Source of the DNA: Bordetella parapertussis
Lineage (GTDB): Bacteria; Pseudomonadota; Gammaproteobacteria; Burkholderiales; SG8-41
Direction: 5' to 3'
Length of the DNA stretch: 64,000 nucleotides
NCBI GenBank assembly: GCA_945906935.1
Contig: CAMDSO010000004.1
Coordinates: forward strand, 7,427 to 71,426
Positions within the stretch are counted from its first letter, which is position 1. The number at the start of each line of letters is the position of its first letter. The translations under genes were made by a program, and so were the position numbers. The notes under the pieces were generated by a model. The model saw only the letters and a program-made list of their open reading frames with translations, was not told the origin of the DNA and made no database searches. This document shows, piece by piece, positions 57,027 through 64,000 of this stretch.

Positions 57027-57803
57027 ATGGTTTTTAGAAAACTCTGGATTAGTGCGTTGGCGGCAGTTTTCTGTGGCCTGATATCGGCGGCTGCGCTTGC
57101 GCAAACCGTACTGGAACAGGCGGCCGAACATCGTCTGCAGCTTGATTTTCGCGTGAATGATGCGGCGCTCTCGAAGATGCTGCCGGCAGGCTGGGAAGTG
57201 GTGATCGCCACGGCGGGACCGGCCAAGGATTGCAATCTGCGCATGATCTTCATCGACCGTATGGGCATCATTGGCCGTGATGGAAAACCTGCTGTGCGGC
57301 CGACCGGGCGTTTGGTCTATCTTGCTATTCCGGTGAAGAGGACCGGCACTGATGTCGCCGGCCAGATCATCATTCATGGTCTGGTTGATCAGGCCGCCGA
57401 TGCGCCCGGTGACTTCGGTGTTTACCAGCATGCAACGACGGCGAAAATGTCGCGCACTTCGTCTGCTGCGGGTGCCGCGATGATGGGAGCCGAGATCTGG
57501 GAGTTTGCCGCCGCCAGCGGTGAGCGCATCGAAGTGCAGATCGAATACGAGCGCGGCCCCTTGGTCAAGGGAACCCCCGAGGTCAAGTTTTTCTATGCCA
57601 ACGATCCGTCGAAATACCTGACCTTCAAGGTGGATCAGGGGATCGACATCATGCGTAACGTGACGACCAATCCGCTGGATCGTGTGAAGAAATTTTCCTA
57701 CAAGGCGGGTGGCGGAAAAATCGCCGCATTGTTTGATGGCAGTGAACGCTTGGTCAGCTGGGACAGCTTCCCGTGGTATGTGCGTTCAGTGATTGCACCC
57801 TGA
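57027..57803 (+). CDS. Secreted hypothetical protein
   Basis: RBS GGGAGA. Signal peptide MVFRKLWISALAAVFCGLISAAALAQ. I recognise no family. Confidence 0.6.
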   Translation: MVFRKLWISALAAVFCGLISAAALAQTVLEQAAEHRLQLDFRVNDAALSKMLPAGWEVVIATAGPAKDCNLRMIFIDRMGIIGRDGKPAVRPTGRLVYLAIPVKRTGTDVAGQIIIHGLVDQAADAPGDFGVYQHATTAKMSRTSSAAGAAMMGAEIWEFAAASGERIEVQIEYERGPLVKGTPEVKFFYANDPSKYLTFKVDQGIDIMRNVTTNPLDRVKKFSYKAGGGKIAALFDGSERLVSWDSFPWYVRSVIAP

Positions 57804-57846
57804 GCGGTTTTTAGAACCGCCGCAGAGCGGGTATCATTTGTGGTTT

Positions 57847-59508
57847 ATGCAGGGACAGGCGGCGGCAACGCCGCCTTCTTTATTGATGGCGTCCAAACGC
57901 ACGATTGCTGATTTTATTAAACCCGCTGCGGTGCTGGCGGGATTTCCCGAGCACGATTACACGCTGAGCGGTCTTTTACAGTCACGTCTGCAACCGGCTG
58001 CGACGCGGCCCTGCATCCTGTTCAATGACAAGACCTGGACGTGGTCGGAGTTCGTCGACGCCGTTGGTAAAACCGCTGGCATGCTCGCCGCGCGTGGCAT
58101 CCGTCACGGCGACCGCGTTGCCGTTATGGCGGGCAACAGCGATGCCCATGTGCGGATGTTGTTTGCGCTCGCACGTCTTGGCGCCATCATGGTACCGGTT
58201 AATCCTGATTACGGCGTCGAAGAAGCGCGTTATGTGTTGCATCACGCCGGGGTGTCGGCGGTGGCCTGCTCCGATGCGACCCTTGATGTGGCGCGTGCCG
58301 CAACCGCGGAGATGACGCCAGCGCCGTGGTTCATGGGTGTGCTTGGCGAGGATGCCTCGGTGACCTCGCTTGACGCGCTGGTGACGGCATCGAATGCGGT
58401 GGTCCCCGCTTCAGCGGCGCAGGCCGACGATACGGTGGTCATTATTTATACCTCGGGCACCACCGGCTTTCCGAAGGGTGTGATGCACAGCCAGCGCAGT
58501 TTCTGTTTATCGGGCGAGCGCGAGATCGAGCGCTCTTATCTGCAAGCGCGTAACCGCGCGCTGATCGTGTTGCCGATGTTTCATATCAACGCGCTGTTTT
58601 ATTCGGTGGCGGGCACGTTTGTGGTGGGTGGTTGCATAGTGATCGCGCCGCGTTTTTCTGCTTCGCAATTCTGGAAACTGGCCGCTGACACGCAGGTGAC
58701 GCGCGCCAATGTGATGTTGGCCGGCATGACCATCCTGACACGGCGGCCGCGCAGCGAATACGACGACCAGCATTGCCTCGAAATCATCGTCTGCGGCGGC
58801 CTCACCGATGAAATCGTTGATACCTGCACACAAGAGTTCGGGATCAAGAAACTGGTCGAAGGTTTCGGCATGACCGAAGTGCCAGGGACTTTTGGTGTGC
58901 CGGTCGAGGCGCAGCAAACGCGCGGTAGCATGGGTGCGCCGGGCATTTATCCCGGCAACAAAATGCTGTGGGCGCAGGTGCGTATCGTCGATGATGAAGG
59001 GCGCGATGTGGCCGATGGCGTCACTGGCGAAATGCTGGTGCGCATGCCGACGATGCTGCAGGGCTATTACAAAGACGCCGAGCAGACGGCGGCGGCGATT
59101 CGTGATGGCTGGTTTTATACCGGTGACCTGGTCTGCCGCAACGAAGATGGCTGGTACAGCTTCATCGCGCGCAAGAAAGATATCATCCGTCGGCGCGGTG
59201 AAAATATCTCCGGCGCTGAACTCGACCGCGTGATCGGCACGCATCCCGCGGTGTCGGCGGTGGCTGTGATTGCGGTGAGCGACGATATCAGCGGTGAAGA
59301 GGCGCTGGCGGTGGTGGTACGCAAGCCGCAGCAGGACGTCAGTGCGCAGGACATCGCCGCGTGGTGCGGCGAGCGGCTGGCGGTTTTCAAGGTGCCGCGT
59401 TACGTGGTGTTTGCCGATGAGCTGCCGCGCACGCCAACTGGCAAGGTGGCAAAACACATTCTGAAAAAAGATATGATGCTGGTAGTGCGGGCCGTCGCGG
59501 TGCGTTGA
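57847..59508 (+). CDS. AMP-dependent synthetase/ligase (acyl-CoA synthetase family)
   Basis: IIYTSGTTGFPKGVMHSQ, GWFYTGD, RKKDIIRRRGENIS, PRTPTGKVAK. The start is ambiguous: 57793, 57847 or 57886. Confidence 0.88.
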   Translation: MQGQAAATPPSLLMASKRTIADFIKPAAVLAGFPEHDYTLSGLLQSRLQPAATRPCILFNDKTWTWSEFVDAVGKTAGMLAARGIRHGDRVAVMAGNSDAHVRMLFALARLGAIMVPVNPDYGVEEARYVLHHAGVSAVACSDATLDVARAATAEMTPAPWFMGVLGEDASVTSLDALVTASNAVVPASAAQADDTVVIIYTSGTTGFPKGVMHSQRSFCLSGEREIERSYLQARNRALIVLPMFHINALFYSVAGTFVVGGCIVIAPRFSASQFWKLAADTQVTRANVMLAGMTILTRRPRSEYDDQHCLEIIVCGGLTDEIVDTCTQEFGIKKLVEGFGMTEVPGTFGVPVEAQQTRGSMGAPGIYPGNKMLWAQVRIVDDEGRDVADGVTGEMLVRMPTMLQGYYKDAEQTAAAIRDGWFYTGDLVCRNEDGWYSFIARKKDIIRRRGENISGAELDRVIGTHPAVSAVAVIAVSDDISGEEALAVVVRKPQQDVSAQDIAAWCGERLAVFKVPRYVVFADELPRTPTGKVAKHILKKDMMLVVRAVAVR

Positions 59509-59521
59509 TACGTTCATTCTT

Positions 59522-60535
59522 ATGCGAGTACCTATGAATCAAAATTCTGGAGTTGTAGCGGTAGTTTTATGCGCAGTATTGCTGTTGGCCGGGCAAGCGG
59601 GACAGGCGGTGCTGGCGGCTGAAAAATCCGCAACCGGTGATTATCCAAACCGGCCGATCCGTTTGATTACGCCGGCGCCGCCCGGCGGCTCGACGGATTT
59701 TCTCTCGCGCATCATTGCGCCGCGTCTGGCCGATGCGTTGAAGGGCAGCATCGTTATTGATAATCGCGGTGGTGCCGGTGGTGTGGTCGCCGCCGAGATC
59801 ACTGCGAAGGCGCCGGCCGATGGCTACACCTTGCTGATGGCTTATTCATCGCACACGACGAATCCGAGCCTCAATCCGAAAGCCGGTTATCGTGCCGTCG
59901 ACGATTACGCGCCGGTCACGCAGGTGACGATGGCAGCGCTGGTGCTGGTGGTTAATCCACAGCTGCCGATTAATTCGGCCAGAGAGATGATCGCCTACGG
60001 CAAGGCCAATCCGAACAAACTCAATTTCGGTTCGGCCGGCAACGGCAGTGGTGCCCATATGTCGCTGGAGTTATTCAAATACATGACGGGGCTACCGGCG
60101 CAGCATATTCCGTACAAGGGCATGGGGCCGGCGGTGATTGATCTGCTTGGCGGGCAGATCCAGGCGATGTTCGCCGGCATGCTGCCGATCCAGTCGGTGT
60201 TGCGTGCCGGGCGCGTGCGTGCTTTGGCAGTGACTTCCTTGCGGCGGGTGTCGTCGCTGCCCGATATCCCCACTATTGCGGAGACCGGCGTGCCTGGTTA
60301 CGACGTTGCGACGTGGTACGGCGTGTTGGCACCCGCCGGCACGCCCAGGCCCATCGTCGACCGGCTCAATCGTGAAATCGTCACCATTCTGAAAACGCCC
60401 GAGGTGCGGCAGAAACTGCAGGACGATGGGGCTGAAGTGGTGGCCGGCACACCGGAGGCGTTTGAGAAGATGATGCGTGCCGAGCTCGAGAAATGGGCGC
60501 GCGTGGTGAAGGCCACCGGCGCGCGGCTGGATTGA
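59522..60535 (+). CDS. Bug/TctC-family substrate-binding protein
   Basis: Signal peptide, GDYPNRPIRLITPAPPGGSTD, IDNRGGAGG, HIPYKGMGPA, GRVRALAV. The start is 59522 or 59534. Confidence 0.9.
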   Translation: MRVPMNQNSGVVAVVLCAVLLLAGQAGQAVLAAEKSATGDYPNRPIRLITPAPPGGSTDFLSRIIAPRLADALKGSIVIDNRGGAGGVVAAEITAKAPADGYTLLMAYSSHTTNPSLNPKAGYRAVDDYAPVTQVTMAALVLVVNPQLPINSAREMIAYGKANPNKLNFGSAGNGSGAHMSLELFKYMTGLPAQHIPYKGMGPAVIDLLGGQIQAMFAGMLPIQSVLRAGRVRALAVTSLRRVSSLPDIPTIAETGVPGYDVATWYGVLAPAGTPRPIVDRLNREIVTILKTPEVRQKLQDDGAEVVAGTPEAFEKMMRAELEKWARVVKATGARLD

Positions 60536-60640
60536 CGCGCGGTTAGAAGCAAGCAGAGGCGATTGTAAAAATACCCGTTCGTCGGGCGAGCGCCGGGTGA
60601 GTGTGGCGCGGGGCTGCGTTGGCAGGAAATCTTTTTCGCA

Positions 60641-60675
60641 CCCAAACCCCATCCCCCTTTGCCGGAGGACGGGGA
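60641..60675 (-). repeat. G-rich hairpin repeat (reverse orientation, degenerate)
   Basis: CCCAAACCCCATCCCCCTTTGCCGGAGGACGGGGA. Confidence 0.45.
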
Positions 60676-60694
60676 ATGTTGCACTCGATCCTTT

Positions 60695-61894
60695 TTAGTC
60701 GCCGCCGATCGTGCCGGATTGTTTCAGCGCGGCGATCTCTGCGTCATTCATCTGCAAAACCTCACGCAGGATTTCCGAGCTGTGCTGACCGTGCAGCGGC
60801 GCCGGTGTATCCGGCATTGGCGGCATTGCCGGCAGACGCAGCGGTGAGCGCACCTGTTTGACCTTGCCGGCGTTCGGATGATCCGTTTCGATCATGACGC
60901 CGCGCGCCTTGACCTGCGGATGCTGCATCACCTGTTCGATGTTATTGATCGCACCGACCGGCACGTTGTTATCGAGCAGCAACTTTTCCCACTCATCGTA
61001 GGATTTGGTGATGAAGATAGCCTGCAGCTTGGGTACCAGCGATTCGCGGTTTTTCATGCGCAGCGGGCCCGTCGCGTAGAGCGGATCGTCGGTGAGTTCG
61101 GGGGCGCCGATCACCGGGCAGAAAATCTTCCATAGTTTCTGTCCGGCAATAGCCAGCGCGAGATCGCGTGTTTTGGTTTGAAAGGTTTGATAGGGCACGA
61201 CGACCGGGTAAGCGTTGCCCTGGGGTTTGGGCATTTCGCCGTTCGCATAGTAGTTGCCGATGGTGGTGCACAGCAGCGCCAGCTGGCCTTCCATCATCGA
61301 CACATCAACGTGCTGGCCCTCGCCGGTTTTCTCACGCATGCGGATGGCCAGCATCACGCCATAAGCGGCATTCATGCCGGCGGCGAGGTCGGCGATCGAC
61401 ACGCCGCAGCGCACGCCGCGGCCGCCGGCTTCGCCGGTGCAGCTGATCATGCCTGACTCGGCTTGCAGGATCAGGTCGAGCGCGGCGCGATCGCGATAGG
61501 GGCCGTCCTGACCAAAACCGGAGACGGAACAGTAGACGATGCCGGGGTTGCGCTTCTTCGCTTCTTCGTAACCGAGGCCGAGGCGGTTCAAGGCGCCGAC
61601 GCGGAAGTTCTCCAGCACGACATCGGCTTTTTCAATCAGCTTGAAGAAGAGCGCCTTGCCCTCGGGCTTTTTCAGATCGACGACGATGCTACGTTTGTTG
61701 CGGTGGATGGTCACGAAGTACGCATAATCCGGCCCCGGCACCGGCGAGCCCCAGGCGCGTGCAAGGTCGCCCGCACCCGGTGGTTCGAGCTTGATCACGT
61801 TGGCGCCGTAGTCGGCGAGCATGGTCGAGCAGTAGGGCCCGGCAAGGGCGTGGGTAAGGTCGATAACGGTGATGTCGTCTAACGGACGTGGCAT
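60695..61894 (-). CDS. CaiB/BaiF (class III) CoA-transferase
   Basis: ITVIDLTHALAGPYCSTMLADYGANVIKLEPPGAGD signature. Length 399 aa. Confidence 0.9.
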   Translation of the reverse strand: MPRPLDDITVIDLTHALAGPYCSTMLADYGANVIKLEPPGAGDLARAWGSPVPGPDYAYFVTIHRNKRSIVVDLKKPEGKALFFKLIEKADVVLENFRVGALNRLGLGYEEAKKRNPGIVYCSVSGFGQDGPYRDRAALDLILQAESGMISCTGEAGGRGVRCGVSIADLAAGMNAAYGVMLAIRMREKTGEGQHVDVSMMEGQLALLCTTIGNYYANGEMPKPQGNAYPVVVPYQTFQTKTRDLALAIAGQKLWKIFCPVIGAPELTDDPLYATGPLRMKNRESLVPKLQAIFITKSYDEWEKLLLDNNVPVGAINNIEQVMQHPQVKARGVMIETDHPNAGKVKQVRSPLRLPAMPPMPDTPAPLHGQHSSEILREVLQMNDAEIAALKQSGTIGGD

Positions 61895-61948
61895 GGCAAC
61901 CTGCGGCTGAAAATAAAAAAAGGGCGGTTCACACCGCCCGCGTTGAGG

Positions 61949-62371
61949 CTAGTGCGCGGCGCCGCCCTTGGGCAGTTCGGCGAGTTCGATCAGGCAGTTC
62001 TCGGTGGCCGACGGATCGATGAAGGCGATGCGGCAGCCGGCATGACCGTAGCGCGGCACCTGGTCGAGCAGCGGTATGCCCTTGGCTTTGAGTTCGGCCA
62101 GCGCCTCGTCGATGTTCTCGACTTCGAAGCACATATGATTAAGTCCGCCCTTGCCCTCGGCGACCATTTTCTGGTGGCGGCTGTCGGGGGTGGTGCCGGC
62201 AATCAGTTCCACCATCGAATCACCGACCGGGTAGAGCGCCAGTTTCACTGGCTTTTCCGGATTGATTTCGGTGGCTTCGAGCTTGATGCCGAAACAGCCT
62301 TCCCACAATGCGCGGCTTTTCTCGACATCCTTGACGACGATACCCACGTGTTCGATGCGTTTGATCTTCAT
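61949..62371 (-). CDS. VOC-family protein, methylmalonyl-CoA epimerase-like
   Basis: MKIKRIEHVGIVVKDVEKS and GLNHMCFEVENIDEA are paired beta-alpha-beta-beta-beta modules with metal-ligand His/Glu. Length 140 aa. Confidence 0.75.
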   Translation of the reverse strand: MKIKRIEHVGIVVKDVEKSRALWEGCFGIKLEATEINPEKPVKLALYPVGDSMVELIAGTTPDSRHQKMVAEGKGGLNHMCFEVENIDEALAELKAKGIPLLDQVPRYGHAGCRIAFIDPSATENCLIELAELPKGGAAH

Positions 62372-62493
62372 GCTATGGCCTCCGGTGGCGTTGCGTTGAT
62401 CCGCAATAATGTGATGCTTTGCGGAAAGTTTTTTTTCCTGCCCTTGTGTGCGCCGGGTAGAAGGGTCTGGGTGGAGGCACGTTGGTGCGCCTC

Positions 62494-62526
62494 CATCCCG
62501 TCCTTCCCCCGCACGCAGGGAAAGGA
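62494..62526 (-). repeat. G-rich hairpin repeat (reverse orientation, degenerate)
   Basis: CATCCCGTCCTTCCCCCGCACGCAGGGAAAGGA, preceded by hairpin GGAGGCAC-GTTG-GTGCGCCTCC. Confidence 0.5.
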
Positions 62527-62571
62527 ACCTGCTGCAGATGCTTAATGATTCAGCTTGGTGCCGATTTTACT

Positions 62572-63687
62572 TCAGCCTTGCCTGAAATCCTGTACCGATT
62601 TTGCGAGCGCGCCGTCGCGTGTTTTAAGGGCACGTGTCACCGCCTGCGTGGCGCCAAAGGTGTGTATATAGGCGGAGTGTTTGCCGGCGCCGCCGATGAC
62701 AACGACGATCAAATCCTGCGCGCGCTGTATCATCGGCACCAGGGCGTCGAGTGGCGCGGTGGCAAAGCGGTCGGCGATCTTGACGCGCAAACGGCGCTCG
62801 ATGTTTTCTTTGGAAAATTTTCCTAGCGGCAGCTGGCCGTGCGCCTGCAGAAATTTTTTTACATCCATCTTCGACAGACCGTCCTGGGCCACGGTCTTCG
62901 CGTGTTCGGGCCCGAATACGGCGACCGGCTGCGCTTCGTAGCAGGGATCGTTCGATCCGGCATCCATCATGGTGCCGGCAATGGTGGTGAGGATACCCTC
63001 GGCGTTAAGGCTTTCATGATCATTGACGTTGTGCGGACACTCCGCACCGACCACCGTGACGGTGCTCGCTTCGCGCGGAAAGCCGCGCTCGACGTGCAGC
63101 GGTTCCCACGGGCTTTCATCTTCATTTTCGGCGACGAAGTAGCAGTATTTGGCCGGCGAACCGAAAGTCGACATATCCCCGGTTTTTGGGATGGCGCCGC
63201 CAATGTTGACCAGTGCGAGACGAATGGCGCGGCCGATCGTCGCATTGCTCTGCGTGCCGGGGCCGAAGGCGTTGTGCCCGCCATTGATACCGAGTTCTTT
63301 GATTACCGGGCCGTTGACGATCACCAGCGGCGCGCACATATGCGTGGTCGCCTGGATGCCATAGAGATTGAAGGGCTCCTCGCACATCGCCTCGATGGCG
63401 AGCATGAAGAGCGGAAAATATTCGGGCCGGCAGCCGGCCATCACCGCATTGGCGGCGAGACGCAGCGGCGTGGCCTCGCCCCAGCGCGGTGGAATCTTCG
63501 CGATGGGTTCATCCCAAGGCCGGTCGCAATAGGCCAGCATTTTTTCAACGCGCGCCTCGGTTGGTGGCACGATCGGCAGACCGTCGGTCCAGCCACGCTC
63601 GAGATAGAGCGCGTTGATTGCTTCGAAATCATCCTCGGCGTCGATGCTGGCGCCGTCGTTCTTCAGCAGGTCGTTGAGATGGCTCAC
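62572..63687 (-). CDS. Uncharacterised partner protein, homologous to the C-terminal domain of the 6309-7946 fusion
   Basis: GTG 63687 overlaps the upstream TGA (GTGA). It shares GWTDGLPIVPPTEARVEKML, AANAVMAGCRPEY, YGIQATT, SNATIGRAIRLALVNIGGA, SPWEPLHVERGF and VVIGGAGKHS with residues ~190-545 of the fusion. Confidence 0.8.
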   Translation of the reverse strand: MSHLNDLLKNDGASIDAEDDFEAINALYLERGWTDGLPIVPPTEARVEKMLAYCDRPWDEPIAKIPPRWGEATPLRLAANAVMAGCRPEYFPLFMLAIEAMCEEPFNLYGIQATTHMCAPLVIVNGPVIKELGINGGHNAFGPGTQSNATIGRAIRLALVNIGGAIPKTGDMSTFGSPAKYCYFVAENEDESPWEPLHVERGFPREASTVTVVGAECPHNVNDHESLNAEGILTTIAGTMMDAGSNDPCYEAQPVAVFGPEHAKTVAQDGLSKMDVKKFLQAHGQLPLGKFSKENIERRLRVKIADRFATAPLDALVPMIQRAQDLIVVVIGGAGKHSAYIHTFGATQAVTRALKTRDGALAKSVQDFRQG

Positions 63688-64000
63688 GACAGATGGTCCT
63701 TGATAAGTTTGATCACCTGCGGAATGGCGACGAGCGCGCGGCCCTGCACTTGTTCGAGCGACAAACCGCCGAGCGGATGCGCGATCATCACCAACGGCAG
63801 CGTTGGTACACCAAGCACGCGCGCCTGCGTCGAGCCGAGTGTGCGGAAAGGATCGGAGCAGATCACCGCGGCGAGCACGCCACGTTTATGCATCTGGGTC
63901 ATGTCGTGGACACTCCACGACGTGCAGGCCCCTCAATCGGCCATCGCGCAGATGACCACGTCGGCTTCCGTCGACAATTGGTCCAGCACCTCCTGCGTCG
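63684..64000 (-). CDS. Candidate U-G-x-C selenoprotein (partial; the 5' end lies beyond the window). TGA 63933-63935 is read as Sec.
   Basis: The minus frame reads ..TQEVLDQLSTEADVVICAMAD-U-GACTSWSVHDMTQMHKRGVLAAVICSDPFRTLG..VMIAHPLGG.. This is collinear with the 6309 locus across the TGA. ORF 63684-63902 is only the post-UGA part. Confidence 0.6.
63903..63932 (-). promoter_or_regulatory. Putative bacterial SECIS element (second copy)
   Basis: On the minus strand, GTCGTGGAGTGTCCACGAC (63921-63903) begins exactly 11 nt after the UGA. It is identical to the hairpin at 6635-6653. Confidence 0.6.

Noticed and set aside
847-62526. The dispersed G-rich repeats as a CRISPR array.
   Set aside because: Copies are kilobases apart, occur in both orientations, are imperfect, and are separated by genes. 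There are no cas genes.
1-64000. Mobile genetic elements, prophage, defence systems, toxin-antitoxin pairs, rRNA/tRNA genes.
   Set aside because: No transposase, integrase, recombinase, phage structural, nuclease/methylase or small paired ORF signatures were found in any frame. The only mobility-related signals are the REP-type repeats.

Overview
High-GC (roughly 62-64% by eye) proteobacterial chromosomal segment, tightly packed with about 60 genes on both strands. The gene content points to a Burkholderiales-type betaproteobacterium (inference). The main theme is over-representation of Bug/TctC-family periplasmic carboxylate receptors. There are 21 full-length copies (20 with signal peptides, one leaderless), one 5'-truncated pseudogene and one orphan duplicated 3' end. 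They are interleaved with catabolic enzymes: amidohydrolases, FMN-dependent 2-hydroxy-acid dehydrogenases, class III CoA-transferases, an acyl-CoA synthetase, FAH, BKACE, TPP, GMC, AKR and CMD family proteins, plus three tandem PQQ alcohol dehydrogenases with a cytochrome c. I recognise no TctA/TctB, transcription factor, transposase, integrase, phage gene, rRNA, tRNA or CRISPR. The most interesting signal is two paralogous loci (6309-7946 on +, and 62572 to beyond 64000 on -). In both, conserved coding sequence runs through an in-frame TGA followed 11 nt later by an identical SECIS-like hairpin. This predicts U-G-x-C selenoproteins linked to an uncharacterised ~370-aa partner domain, fused at one locus and a separate overlapping gene at the other. 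Other points of note:
- A Tat-signal FMN dehydrogenase carrying a CxxCH insertion.
- A DoxX-Bug-TauE overlapping operon.
- PQQ-ADH paralogues with the lanthanide-type D-x-D motif, two of which lack the vicinal Cys-Cys.
- A gene 3' end duplicated across a REP doublet.
- Two dispersed intergenic repeat families.
- A low-GC patch around an FGE-like gene.
CDS coordinates follow the ORF track, with starts adjusted where a signal peptide or RBS suggests it. Starts are less certain than stops.
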